In this document: positions 28,001-37,501 of the stretch, in pieces
How the letters are laid out: each line of letters starts with the position of its first letter
Position numbering within the stretch: the first letter of the stretch is position 1
NCBI GenBank assembly: GCA_030613245.1
Contig: JAUWMI010000003.1
Location: forward strand, 1,062-65,061
Reading direction: 5' to 3'
DNA from: Candidatus Sumerlaeota bacterium
GTDB lineage: Bacteria; Sumerlaeota; Sumerlaeia; MWCT01; JAUWMI01
Length of the DNA stretch: 64,000 nucleotides
Notes under the pieces: model-generated
What the model saw: the letters and a program-made list of their open reading frames with translations, nothing else
Told to the model about the DNA's origin: nothing
Databases searched by the model: none
Position numbers and translations under genes: made by a program

Positions 28001-28432
28001 AGAGGTCTAGAACCTGACTATTTGATAATGCAAAAAGCTTGCCAATAGCAAGGGAAAAAACAGGCAGAATCTTAAGTCCAGTAAAAACAATATCCCGGAG
28101 CATATTTTTGTGGGGTGCGTTATCTGAAGATCATGTCGGGCGGATCAAGAATGAAGAATATTCTTCAATTTTGTAGAATGGATTGTAGATAATTCTGCAG
28201 TGAGATTAAGGAATCAATGATGAATGTGCCTCTAATGGGCGGGGAGAAAGGAAAACTGTTGATAGGATCCAAGCTGAATGCTTGCCTGCTGCTGCTGGCT
28301 ATTATTGGCTGCTATTTCTTTTCAAACATTTTGTCTACAGATTGTTTGCTTATCTTTCTTTCAGTTGATCGGGTGTAGCGCGTCCGCTGTAACGAGATGT
28401 TAGACGACCAGGCCATTGATGTGGCTTGGCTA

Positions 28433-28951
28433 TCAAGTTTCTTTGCGCAGCCGAATAACTACAGACCTGGCAATGAAGTCGTGTATTGCCCGTCGCTTCT
28501 TATTTGTAAGCATGGTTACCAGTTCGGCAAGAAACCATATGGACAATGTGTAGCTAAGAATCCAGCTCCACAAACTTAGCTCTCGAACCTCATATGGATT
28601 TACTCCTTTGAGAATGGTCGGCAGGTAAAACGCTGTTTGAATTGCCACAAATGCAATGGCCACGCTGTCCCTGAGTAACGCCTGGAACATGGATAGTTTC
28701 GACTCCGATAAATCAAGGACTTTGACTCGTGTTACCATCTTGCCAAGCGTTTGCCCGAAATTCCCATGCATCAACACGCTATAGGCTAGGTATGAGAATG
28801 ATGAGATGATGAACCAAATGGCCAATACACCTTTTGCCGTAATACTGGCAAAGACCCACGAGTGTAAAAAGGAGAGCGGAAGAAACACAAATCCGTCGAT
28901 TACGCCAGCCCAGAATCTACGCCAGAAGGTTTTATACTTGAGTTCGATCAT
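28433..28951 (-). CDS. RDD family membrane protein.
   Basis: 'KTFWRRFWAGVIDGFVFLPL' N-terminal RDD-type motif, three TM helices, conserved Arg/Asp positions. Confidence 0.55.
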   Translation of the reverse strand: MIELKYKTFWRRFWAGVIDGFVFLPLSFLHSWVFASITAKGVLAIWFIISSFSYLAYSVLMHGNFGQTLGKMVTRVKVLDLSESKLSMFQALLRDSVAIAFVAIQTAFYLPTILKGVNPYEVRELSLWSWILSYTLSIWFLAELVTMLTNKKRRAIHDFIARSVVIRLRKET

Positions 28952-29062
28952 TTCGCCGCCTTATATAGCCGCTTCATTTAGTTATTGGGTTTGGGTTCCA
29001 GCGATCTGCAACAGCTGCGGTGCGGGTTGACAAGTAGGCTGCGTTTCATGGTCAGGTGGTCT

Positions 29063-30043
29063 TTATTCCAATGTGTTTGGAGTAATCTCGATTTCGACGA
29101 CGTTGGAAGGGATTCTCATGTCTGTCATAGTGACTTTTCCATGGTGCCCAGCGTCGCCGTGTTCTTCTATCCTTTCAAATATTTGAATGCCCTTCCCGCT
29201 GAACTGCACTTTGTACTTGCCTGGGGTTGTGAAAGCGTACTGACTGCTAATATCGAAGTTGTCGAAAAGAACATCACGCTCACCGGGCTTTATTGCATGG
29301 GAGGCGCCGAATATCTGAAATTCGTCTGCAGTACAGGGGATACGATCTCCGTGCTCGTCGGTTATGGTCATTGAGTTGTTCACATTGATATACCCTAACT
29401 CCAACTCTCCATCATTGATGAGCTCGAGGCGGAACAGCAAGGGCTGGCCGAGAATAAACGTATCGCTCACCGGACTCAAACGAATTTCGACGTCTTTCAA
29501 TTTTTGCTCCAGGGCCTTCCGTTGCCCCGCATATTCTTCGGATTGGCGCTTTTTCCGAAGTGTTTCCTGTTCAATCCATAGTTCAAGAGGTATTGGCTCA
29601 AAGTCAATAAGCCATCCTGCCTCGGTTTTGTTGACGGTCCATTTCCAGCTGATTGTTGGTTTAATACCTGGCTCTCGGAATCGCATAGAGCACCCGAAAC
29701 TGGTCTGTTCTTTTTCGCGCAGCCCTTGCCATCGCGATACGGGGAAGCTCTTCATCTGAACAAGTTGTTTAACGGGCACCACGTCGCGAAAGAAGGCTTC
29801 TGTTGACTCATATTTTTTAGCTTTTGTAATGACGCTTTCTGAACAACACGATAGAGCCTTCTCCCATTCACATTCTTTAAGGTCCTGCTGAAATCGATGC
29901 ATCACGCTTAAAGCTTCCTCAGATAGTGTGAGTATCCTGACGGGTTTTCCGAGGCGGCTCTCCTCCTGCGCCGAAACTTGATAAGCGTATAGCGCCACAA
30001 GAGCAATGAGAACAATTGCAACTGTTATGAACCGGGTTTTCAT
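29063..30043 (-). CDS. Hypothetical secreted protein.
   Basis: 326 aa. N-terminal signal/anchor 'MKTRFITVAIVLIALVALYAYQVSAQ'. No recognisable catalytic motif. Confidence 0.4.
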   Translation of the reverse strand: MKTRFITVAIVLIALVALYAYQVSAQEESRLGKPVRILTLSEEALSVMHRFQQDLKECEWEKALSCCSESVITKAKKYESTEAFFRDVVPVKQLVQMKSFPVSRWQGLREKEQTSFGCSMRFREPGIKPTISWKWTVNKTEAGWLIDFEPIPLELWIEQETLRKKRQSEEYAGQRKALEQKLKDVEIRLSPVSDTFILGQPLLFRLELINDGELELGYINVNNSMTITDEHGDRIPCTADEFQIFGASHAIKPGERDVLFDNFDISSQYAFTTPGKYKVQFSGKGIQIFERIEEHGDAGHHGKVTMTDMRIPSNVVEIEITPNTLE

Positions 30044-30113
30044 GGTCTTCCTCCTAAGCGGGAGTTTATGGGGTTTCGTAGTCTGTCCCCTTGAGCACTT
30101 TGTTATGCACTCT

Positions 30114-30647
30114 CTACTTCACTTTCTTCTTCGGGTAAGATATGCCGAGGTCTTTCGCTATCTGCTCAAATCCGCGTTCGTCCTTGTACTGTTCGATATC
30201 TAGGCCGCGCGTTTGGACTTTCTGCCAAGACGAGCGTGCGTCGTGATGCCTTCGGATGAACGATGCTGGAAACGTGTAGAACTCTGGAGCGCTGGCACCG
30301 TCACGCACGGGGTGCCGCTTTCTCATTTGAAGGAAGTAGCCAACGTTCATGAAGACAACTATAAGGTAATCGAAGGCATCGAGTGTCTTCTCTTTCACAG
30401 GGAATCCACGGTCGCAGTCTGTGGCGAGGCGGCTCTTAACTTGGACGCGGATTTGCCTTCCGCTCCGCCGGGGGTTTGGATGAATGCAGATCAGGTCGTA
30501 ACCCTCGTTTTGAGGAGGCGCCTTGTATGTGAGGATATCCCTCCGCATCAAGTTCCCCATGACAAGATACTCGGCGCCATATGATATTACAGGATACCTG
30601 GTGAACACCGATTTACCCTTTTTCATCGTATTCCTCTTGAGTGGCAA
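30114..30647 (-). CDS. Hypothetical protein with a possible PD-(D/E)xK nuclease-like core.
   Basis: 'EGYDLICIHPN...RQIRVQVKSR' gives a D...(Q/E)VK arrangement reminiscent of Hjc/NucS-type 'iEVKs' motifs. Weak call. Confidence 0.3.
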   Translation of the reverse strand: MPLKRNTMKKGKSVFTRYPVISYGAEYLVMGNLMRRDILTYKAPPQNEGYDLICIHPNPRRSGRQIRVQVKSRLATDCDRGFPVKEKTLDAFDYLIVVFMNVGYFLQMRKRHPVRDGASAPEFYTFPASFIRRHHDARSSWQKVQTRGLDIEQYKDERGFEQIAKDLGISYPKKKVK

Positions 30648-30745
30648 AACTGTGCCAAATGAACTTCAAAATGGGGAGCGACGGTATTTCTGACTTCCCT
30701 TGAAGCACCATTCAAAATGCCATCTGTCGCTATTTTACCCATAGG

Positions 30746-31705
30746 TTAGGCCTTCCTGGTAACTGAAATCGCTTCTTCTACCGCTAACCTGGCTAGGAGT
30801 TTTACCACACACACGTCTGCCGCGAGCTCGAAGTAGGAACTATCAAAGTTGACAGGTACGATGTGATGCCCATGAGCCAGTCCGCAACGGTTGGTATTAT
30901 AAAGGTATTTTGCTACGCCAGCCGGGTCCCGCCACTTGATCAGGAGTTCGTCAATACGCTCTTGAGCTCGAAACATGTAGAACGCGATTGCGTCAACGGG
31001 ATCGGCGCCGGGATATTCGCTGTGATGAACGAAGATGCGGTCTTCTGTGAGGGACTTAAGGTCCCGGAGGCTTTCACCAATCCATCTTTTGCCGTTGTTC
31101 CCCGTATGGCTTTCTATGGCTCGATAGTAGCACAGATATTCCGAGGAGTGATCCATCTGCCTGAGGCCAACGGCGTAAAGGTGAATGCTGCGGGCGGCCA
31201 CGGAGTAGAGATCGCGAAGAGGGAGTTGATCTCCGTGCCTTTGATTAAAGTCGACAAATGTCAACGGACCGTGCCGAGATTCTCGGGCCATTTCCAGACA
31301 ATGCAAGTAGTCGCGGATGAAAAAAGTTTGCTCGAGAGTACCTGGCTGAAACGGCTTAATGGGCCGGTAGCTAACAGAGTCGCGAGCCTCATCTACAAGG
31401 GTCAAAACAGCCCCCTGCTGGGTGCCACCGTTCACGTAGCGATATTTATAGCGTTCGAATTCCTCAAAAGCGGGCCGCACAAATGCTGGAGAATCGTGGA
31501 GATACGCCAGGCAATCCGCCCAGAATAAAGCATCTTCCAGTGTGACTTGTGGCGACTTGACCAGTGGCAGCGTCCAAAGTATCCCTGACGGATGATCATT
31601 ATGTAGAACCACGCGATCGTCGATCACTAGGCCATCCGCTTGCTCGGCGTTCAGGCCGCACACTACAATCGGAAACACATCCTTACGTTCTTCGTCTACC
31701 TTCAC
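30746..31705 (-). CDS. Hypothetical protein with a HEPN-like R-x4-HG motif.
   Basis: 319 aa. Near the C-terminus 'YNTNRCGLAHGHH' matches the HEPN/Abi Rx4HG signature (RNxxAHG-like). No other family signature. Confidence 0.35.
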   Translation of the reverse strand: MKVDEERKDVFPIVVCGLNAEQADGLVIDDRVVLHNDHPSGILWTLPLVKSPQVTLEDALFWADCLAYLHDSPAFVRPAFEEFERYKYRYVNGGTQQGAVLTLVDEARDSVSYRPIKPFQPGTLEQTFFIRDYLHCLEMARESRHGPLTFVDFNQRHGDQLPLRDLYSVAARSIHLYAVGLRQMDHSSEYLCYYRAIESHTGNNGKRWIGESLRDLKSLTEDRIFVHHSEYPGADPVDAIAFYMFRAQERIDELLIKWRDPAGVAKYLYNTNRCGLAHGHHIVPVNFDSSYFELAADVCVVKLLARLAVEEAISVTRKA

Positions 31706-31759
31706 TGTTAAGAGACCTCAGGAGAGCTAACGGATCAGCTTGATTGCACAGTTAGATGG

Positions 31760-32440
31760 TTATTCAGAATCTTGATCTTCACCCCAAAGAAACTTCACTC
31801 CTGTGAAGCGGACCAACGTATTTTTCTTGAGCCAATTAGGAGGTTTAATTCCACCTTGATCATGAAAATGAAGCAACATTTGTTGCGCAATATTACAGTA
31901 TTTATCCGTTGGCGTTTTGTAACCTATGCGCTTTAAATTTTTATTAAAAAGCTGATCCTCTGGATATGGGTGAACTATAAAATGCCGTGAATCCTCATTG
32001 AGTTCTTTAAAATCCTGCCATAGTATAGGATTTACTTCATGTGGTTTTTTATAATTTAATAAATCGCATAATGTTTTTATTCTTTCTGATAATTCCCGCG
32101 CTTTTTTATGCCTGGCTAATTTTCTAAAATCATCGACTTCTCCAAATAACTCGCGAAAACGCTTTGACCTTTGGCAAGTATCGTCTCTCTTTTCCCATAT
32201 TCTGTAAAGTTGATAGTTAACAAAAGATTCAATAGCTAAGTAGCTATAGATTATTGTTACAGAAACAACACTAATTGTAGCATTTATGATTGGATTACAG
32301 CCATGTTTTTCAATAAGTCGATCTACATTTGGGTGATCCAGCTTGAGAGAAACGATCGATGATCTTGCAATCTCAAGATAACAATGTGTTAGATTTAGAG
32401 TGAATCTAGGATTACCGCTTGTCATTTTCATATCTTCCAA
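31760..32440 (-). CDS. Hypothetical protein, AT-rich, with an R-x4-H motif.
   Basis: 226 aa. Markedly AT-rich coding sequence. 'EDSRHFIVHPYP' contains Rx4H. Lys-rich. Confidence 0.3.
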   Translation of the reverse strand: MEDMKMTSGNPRFTLNLTHCYLEIARSSIVSLKLDHPNVDRLIEKHGCNPIINATISVVSVTIIYSYLAIESFVNYQLYRIWEKRDDTCQRSKRFRELFGEVDDFRKLARHKKARELSERIKTLCDLLNYKKPHEVNPILWQDFKELNEDSRHFIVHPYPEDQLFNKNLKRIGYKTPTDKYCNIAQQMLLHFHDQGGIKPPNWLKKNTLVRFTGVKFLWGEDQDSE

Positions 32441-32474
32441 TTAACCCGTCTAACGTTTGGCTCAGCGGCGGGCG

Positions 32475-33611
32475 CTATTCCTTGTCGGCTGGATCTGTTT
32501 GTTGGGATCGTTTTTTTCTCTTTTCATAGGATTTCGCCAAAGCGGCTGCCTTCAAGTATACACGCTGCTGCAACTCTTGATCGCTTATGTCGCCGCGCAA
32601 GAATGCTTCCGTATCTGGTGTTGTGGCCTGCAACACGGCCACCTCGAAATCCATTTCCTCGTCCTCGCACAATCCTGGCGGCTTGGGGATATTAAGGGAC
32701 CATCCGACCTCTCGGGTTGGGCCGCCCCGAACGAAAAATGGCTCGCGGCCCCCCTGCGTGAGCGTATTACCTTCTGCCTTCTTCTCTTTGTAGTAACACT
32801 CTAGGTGGGGAGGTAGTTCCCACTTCTTGGTCGACAGGGAGTAGTGGGCACCCAGAATCTTCAGGACACTCTTTGACTTCTCGATTGAGCAATTGAGGCG
32901 CTCAGCAAGCTCACGCGAACTGACGGATGTATTTTCGCCAAGATATCGCGCTGCCTTGAAGAGAATTCCATCCGGTGCCGAAAGGGCCTTAAGCCCAGCC
33001 AGTCTTCGATTAAGGTAGATGAACGCACTCTCGAAAACGCGTTCAAAATCGTCACCCATCTGGACGGGAGCTCCCTGCACAAGGGGTTCTACTTTCTTTA
33101 TGTGTGCCTTGGGCAGACGCTCCCACATTCTGCGACCTTGCTTTTTTAGAAGGTCGTAGGAGATTCCGCCGAGGATGCCTGATGCCACGAAGGAGGCGAT
33201 GAGGAGAACCGCATCGACAATGAAGCCCATCCGGTAGTGTGTTTCGGGAACCGACACTTCATACAGGGCCGGAATGTCGTCAGGTTTGCATACCTGTTTG
33301 AAACCGTTCCATGCGTCAGGAAAGAACGTCTCGTAAGTCTCTGCTGTGACGTAGAAATGGATGCTGTACGCAGTTAGCGCAAACGGGCCGCAAAGCTCAT
33401 CGCCGTGTGTGCTTAGGTAGTGGCATTGATAGCGGGGTATTCTGGCCACTCGGAGAAAACGGGCATCCTTGTCACGGCAGTCTTCACATTGCCCCAAGCT
33501 CGATGTTAGGAACTCCGGATCGCTGCCAAGCAATTCGAGAAACTGCCCGCGGAGGGCTTTGCCACAGCCGAGACAGTAGCCCAGGTTCAGCGTTTCCGAT
33601 GTCCTCTTCAT
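32475..33611 (-). CDS. Hypothetical protein with an N-terminal zinc ribbon, a single TM helix and a C-terminal winged-helix-like region.
   Basis: 'CLGCGKAL...CEDCRDKD' is a four-Cys ribbon. The TM helix is 'FIVDAVLLIASFVASGILGGI'. The C-terminal region 'ENTSVSSRELAERLNCSIEKSKSVLKIL' looks like a wHTH. Confidence 0.35.
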   Translation of the reverse strand: MKRTSETLNLGYCLGCGKALRGQFLELLGSDPEFLTSSLGQCEDCRDKDARFLRVARIPRYQCHYLSTHGDELCGPFALTAYSIHFYVTAETYETFFPDAWNGFKQVCKPDDIPALYEVSVPETHYRMGFIVDAVLLIASFVASGILGGISYDLLKKQGRRMWERLPKAHIKKVEPLVQGAPVQMGDDFERVFESAFIYLNRRLAGLKALSAPDGILFKAARYLGENTSVSSRELAERLNCSIEKSKSVLKILGAHYSLSTKKWELPPHLECYYKEKKAEGNTLTQGGREPFFVRGGPTREVGWSLNIPKPPGLCEDEEMDFEVAVLQATTPDTEAFLRGDISDQELQQRVYLKAAALAKSYEKRKKRSQQTDPADKE

Positions 33612-34029
33612 TCGTCGATCCCAACTATTGTTTATATGGTTTCCGTATAAGAAGCTTTAACCGGCTATTGCGCCAGATAACTTCTCTCTTAGCGATGTAA
33701 CACATTTGCGCTTACCTGGCTCAAAGAGCGTCTGGCGGGCTTCGTACCCCTTTGCCTCGTCGATTGAGAACATGGGTATAGATCATCGCCTTTTTCACAT
33801 CTCTAGCCTAACTAACAAACAAGAATATCCCAGCCTCTAATATAATTGCAAGTTTTTTCTGTTATGCCAATCCAGGTGCGAGCATAATATAGCCCAAATT
33901 TTGCAGTTGAGTTTAATGAAAGTGACAAGATCATTATGCAAAATACAGAAAAAGCTTTGATTAGTATTTTACCACGAAGGCACTAAGGCACGAAGGCCAC
34001 GAAGATTTCTTGACAAAAAAATGACAGAA

Positions 34030-34567
34030 ACTATTAGACAGGATGAAAAAACGTAAAGAATCTTGTAAATCTTGTAAATCATGTCCAAAAAAAAGTAAAA
34101 AGAAGGACAGAAATTATCAGACAGGATTGACAAGATTAACAGGATTTAAAGACGTAAAGAATCTTGTAAATCATGTAGATCTTGTCCAAAAGAATTTAAA
34201 AAGAAGCACAAACATTATTAGACAGAATTAACAAGATTAACAGGATTTAAAAACATAAAGAATCTTGTAAATCATGTAAATCTTGTCCAAAAAATTAAAA
34301 CGAAGCACAAAAACTATCAGACAGGATTGACAAGATTAACAGGATGAAAAACGCAAAGAATCTTGTAAGTCATGTAAATCGTGTCCAAAAGAAATGACAA
34401 GAATTATTAGACAGGATTAACAAGATTAACAGGATTTAAAGACGTAAAGAATCTTGTAAATCTTGTAAATCATGTCCCAAAAGAAATGACAAAAATTATT
34501 AGACCGGATTAACAAGATTAACAGGATTTAAAAACGTAAAGAATCTTGTAAATCGTGTCCAAAAAGC
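34030..34567. repeat. Minisatellite of ~5.5 tandem copies of a 95-100-bp unit. It is not a CRISPR array.
   Basis: The unit is approximately agacaggattaacaagattaacaggatttaaagacgtaaagaatcttgtaaatcatgtaaatcttgtccaaaagaaatgacaagaattatt. Both the 'repeat' and 'spacer' parts are conserved between units. Each unit has the internal inverted repeat acaagatt/aatcttgt. Confidence 0.85.
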
Positions 34568-34712
34568 ATTCCCCGATCTTCAGAGCCGCCAGGGAAAATT
34601 GCTTTTGACATTAGGGGGTCGTTATGAGAAGGATATTTTTACATCCTGCCAGGAAGGTAGGGCGTGAATATGGCGTATTTAAAACGGGTGAATTTGTAGA
34701 GCGGTTGGTGAT

Positions 34713-34970
34713 ATGGCGAAAAAGTCTGAAGAGCTTGTAAAGTTTGAAGAGGCCTTAAAGCGGCTGGAAAAGATTGTTGAAAAGCTGGAAGGAGGCGAGA
34801 CCTCACTGGAGGAATCGCTTAAGCTCTTTGAAGAAGGCAAACGTCTGAGCACCAATTGTCTGAAGCAGCTTACCGAGATTGAAAAGAAGGTGCAGAAGAT
34901 CGTTGAGAAAGATGAAGGCAAGGTGAAGCTGGAGGATTTTGCGCCTGAGACAGAGAGCGAGAAGAACTGA
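34713..34970 (+). CDS. xseB: Exodeoxyribonuclease VII small subunit.
   Basis: 85 aa. 'FEEALKRLEKIVEKLEGGETSLEESLKLFEEGKRL' is the XseB signature. It lies upstream of dxs, as in the common xseB-(ispA)-dxs arrangement. Confidence 0.9.
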   Translation: MAKKSEELVKFEEALKRLEKIVEKLEGGETSLEESLKLFEEGKRLSTNCLKQLTEIEKKVQKIVEKDEGKVKLEDFAPETESEKN

Positions 34971-35443
34971 TCACCAGGAAGATCATTATATCTGGCTCTT
35001 TTTCAAATGAGTCAGCAGTTTGCTCAAGAAATTATCCCCCTCACCTCAATCCTCTCCCACAAGGGGAGAGGAGGCAAGGTTAATGACTGAAGATGGCGAT
35101 CCACAAGGGGATGAGGAAGTAAGGTTGGGCAATGACTGAAGGTTCCGAATAGCAAAGAGCACCCTGTCAATTCACGCCATCTTCTTGAAGGAACCTTCAA
35201 GCACTAAAAGCAAAATGCAGTTGGGGAAGAAGTCGTATTATTGATCTTCGTATAAATAAAGAAACAGCCAAAGCCGCTGAAGGCCTTATTTTTGTGCGAA
35301 CGCTTGGCCTTCGACTGTGCCATTCAACGTGGCACGTGCATCACGCCCCAGGCGCATTTTCCAATTGCGCGTGTAGATTCATCCGTCTAGGCGAATGCCA
35401 CGCATAGACCAAAAGAGGTTCTTGGGATTCTATAGTTGGTAGT

Positions 35444-35474
35444 TGTAGGGGCGTTTAATTAAACGCCCCCTACA
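35444..35474. repeat. Single REP-like palindrome.
   Basis: tgtaGGGGCGTTTaattAAACGCCCCctaca, a 14-bp near-perfect palindrome. Confidence 0.8.
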
Positions 35475-35578
35475 TGCTGACCTATCTGACAAAGGGCCTT
35501 ATACCTTATATCAATGTTGGAAAGACATAATACAGCCCACGGGTTATTCGGGATTAAGAGCGAGGTTAGATTAGCACG

Positions 35579-37501
35579 GTGAAGGACGAAAATCTGTTAC
35601 AGTTGATTCAGACACCACGGGATATCAGGCAGTTGACGTTGGAGCAGCTCGTGCAACTGGCCGAGGAGTTGCGTGAGGAAATCATTCAGGTGGTGTCGAA
35701 AGTCGGGGGTCATCTGGCATCGTCACTAGGAACAGTGGAGCTGGCCCTGGCGCTCCATTACGTGTTTGACACGCCGGTGGACAAGATTATCTGGGACGTG
35801 GGGCACCAGGCGTATGCGCATAAGCTATTGACCGGGCGCGGTGATGCGTTTCAAACGCTGCGTCAGTACGGTGGCATCAGCGGGTTCTGCAAGCCAGAGG
35901 AGAGCGAGTACGATGCGTTTGGGGTCGGCCATGCCAGCACATCAATTGCGGCGGCACTTGGGATGGCGTGTGCGCGGGATTTGCAGAATGAGCAATACAA
36001 GATCGTGGCCGTGATCGGCGATGGGGCGATGACTGGTGGGCTTGCCTACGAGGCGCTCAACAATATAGGGCATTTGAACAAGGACGTTCTGGTTGTGCTG
36101 AATGATAATGAGATGAGCATTTCTTCCAATGTTGGGGCGATAGCGCGCATTTTGAACCGGCTTATTACGGGGAATTTCTATAATATTGCGAAAGAAGATC
36201 TGGAGAAGTTTTTGCGCCGCTTCTCGCGTCTGGGCAAACGGATGCTTCGCTTCACACACAGGGTGGAGGAAAGCATCAAGGGATTAATTGTGCCGGGCAT
36301 CTTCTTTGAAGAGATGGGCTTGCGCTATATTGGACCAATAGACGGGCATAATCTTGAGAGTCTAATCGAGACATTCAAGAAAGTGAAGGAACTGGGGGGC
36401 CCGATGCTCGTGCATACACTGACCCAAAAGGGGAAAGGCTACTCGTTTGCCGAGAAGGACCCTGAGCGGTTCCACAGTGCGGCGAAATTCGATATTGCCA
36501 CGGGGAAGACATCTTCCGATGGTGTCACCTATACGCAGGTATTTGGCGACACGATGTGTGAGCTGGCAGAGCGAAATGAGCGGATCGTAGCAATCACGGC
36601 AGCCATGCCATTGGGCACAGGGCTAAGTATGTTTGCCCAGCGCTATCCAGAGCGCTTTTTTGATGTAGGAATTGCAGAGGGGTGCGGGGTGACCATGGCA
36701 GCAGGGATGGCCCGGCGGGGATTGCGGCCGGTGGTTGCTATCTATTCAACTTTCCTGCAGCGCGCTTTTGATCATATGGTTCATGACGTCGCATTGCAGA
36801 AGCTCCCTGTGGTATTTGCCCTCGACCGCGGCGGCGTGGTTGGCAGAGACGGGCCGACACACCACGGCGCCTTTGATCTCTCTTACATGCGGCTGATCCC
36901 AAACATGGTGGTGATGGCGCCGAAGGACGAGGCGGAATTGCGTGACATGCTGCTGACGGCTATTGAGTATGACGAGGGACCCGTTGCCATTCGTTATCCT
37001 CGTGCCGCAGGGGTTGGCAGAGACATTTCGCATCCGCCCAGGCAGATTCCAATTGGCAGGGCCGAGCTTCTTAAGGAAGGCGAGCAGGCAATGATTCTTG
37101 CGCTCGGGCATCCGGTGCAGGCGGCTCTTGAAGCGGCGCGGCTCGTCGAAGGCGAGGGAATCCATATCGGCGTGGCGAATATGCGGTTTGCCAAGCCGCT
37201 GGACACGGAATTCTTGCGGTATGCAGTTAGGAAGTATCAGGTGCTTTTCTCATTAGAAGATAATGTGATCAGTGGTGGATTCGGCTCAGGAATCAACGAG
37301 ATGCTCGTGCAGATGGGTATAACAGATCGCTTTTGTATTCCCATTGCCTTGCCTGACAAATTCATTGAACATGGTACGCAGAAGCAGCTCTATGCAAAAT
37401 ACGGACTCGCCTCAGGCGAGATTGCCCGGCGGGTGCGGATAAGTTTGGGACTTCCTTCGAAGTCTGAGGCGCGAGCCAAGGCCTCGAAGCTTGCTCAGTG
37501 A
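35579..37501 (+). CDS. dxs: 1-deoxy-D-xylulose-5-phosphate synthase.
   Basis: 640 aa. 'GGHLASSLGTVELALALHYVFDTPVDKIIWDVGHQAYAHKLLTGR', the TPP-binding 'GDGAMTGG' and a transketolase-like C-terminal domain. Confidence 0.92.
   Translation: MKDENLLQLIQTPRDIRQLTLEQLVQLAEELREEIIQVVSKVGGHLASSLGTVELALALHYVFDTPVDKIIWDVGHQAYAHKLLTGRGDAFQTLRQYGGISGFCKPEESEYDAFGVGHASTSIAAALGMACARDLQNEQYKIVAVIGDGAMTGGLAYEALNNIGHLNKDVLVVLNDNEMSISSNVGAIARILNRLITGNFYNIAKEDLEKFLRRFSRLGKRMLRFTHRVEESIKGLIVPGIFFEEMGLRYIGPIDGHNLESLIETFKKVKELGGPMLVHTLTQKGKGYSFAEKDPERFHSAAKFDIATGKTSSDGVTYTQVFGDTMCELAERNERIVAITAAMPLGTGLSMFAQRYPERFFDVGIAEGCGVTMAAGMARRGLRPVVAIYSTFLQRAFDHMVHDVALQKLPVVFALDRGGVVGRDGPTHHGAFDLSYMRLIPNMVVMAPKDEAELRDMLLTAIEYDEGPVAIRYPRAAGVGRDISHPPRQIPIGRAELLKEGEQAMILALGHPVQAALEAARLVEGEGIHIGVANMRFAKPLDTEFLRYAVRKYQVLFSLEDNVISGGFGSGINEMLVQMGITDRFCIPIALPDKFIEHGTQKQLYAKYGLASGEIARRVRISLGLPSKSEARAKASKLAQ

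Noticed and set aside
34043-34231. Lys/Cys-rich 62-aa ORF (MKKRKESCKSCKSCPKK...).
   Set aside because: It is just the translation of the minisatellite units. The repetitive KSCKSC pattern mirrors the DNA repeat.
34030-34567. Possible CRISPR array (regular ~40-bp repeats with ~55-bp intervening segments).
   Set aside because: The intervening segments are themselves conserved between units (attagacaggattaacaagattaacaggattt...). The array is therefore a tandem 95-100-bp satellite. No cas genes are nearby either.
35230-35578. Possible tRNA or other small RNA gene in the long dxs upstream region.
   Set aside because: I could not recognise a cloverleaf with an anticodon arm or conserved T-loop GTTCRANYC by eye. 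Only the REP palindrome is evident.
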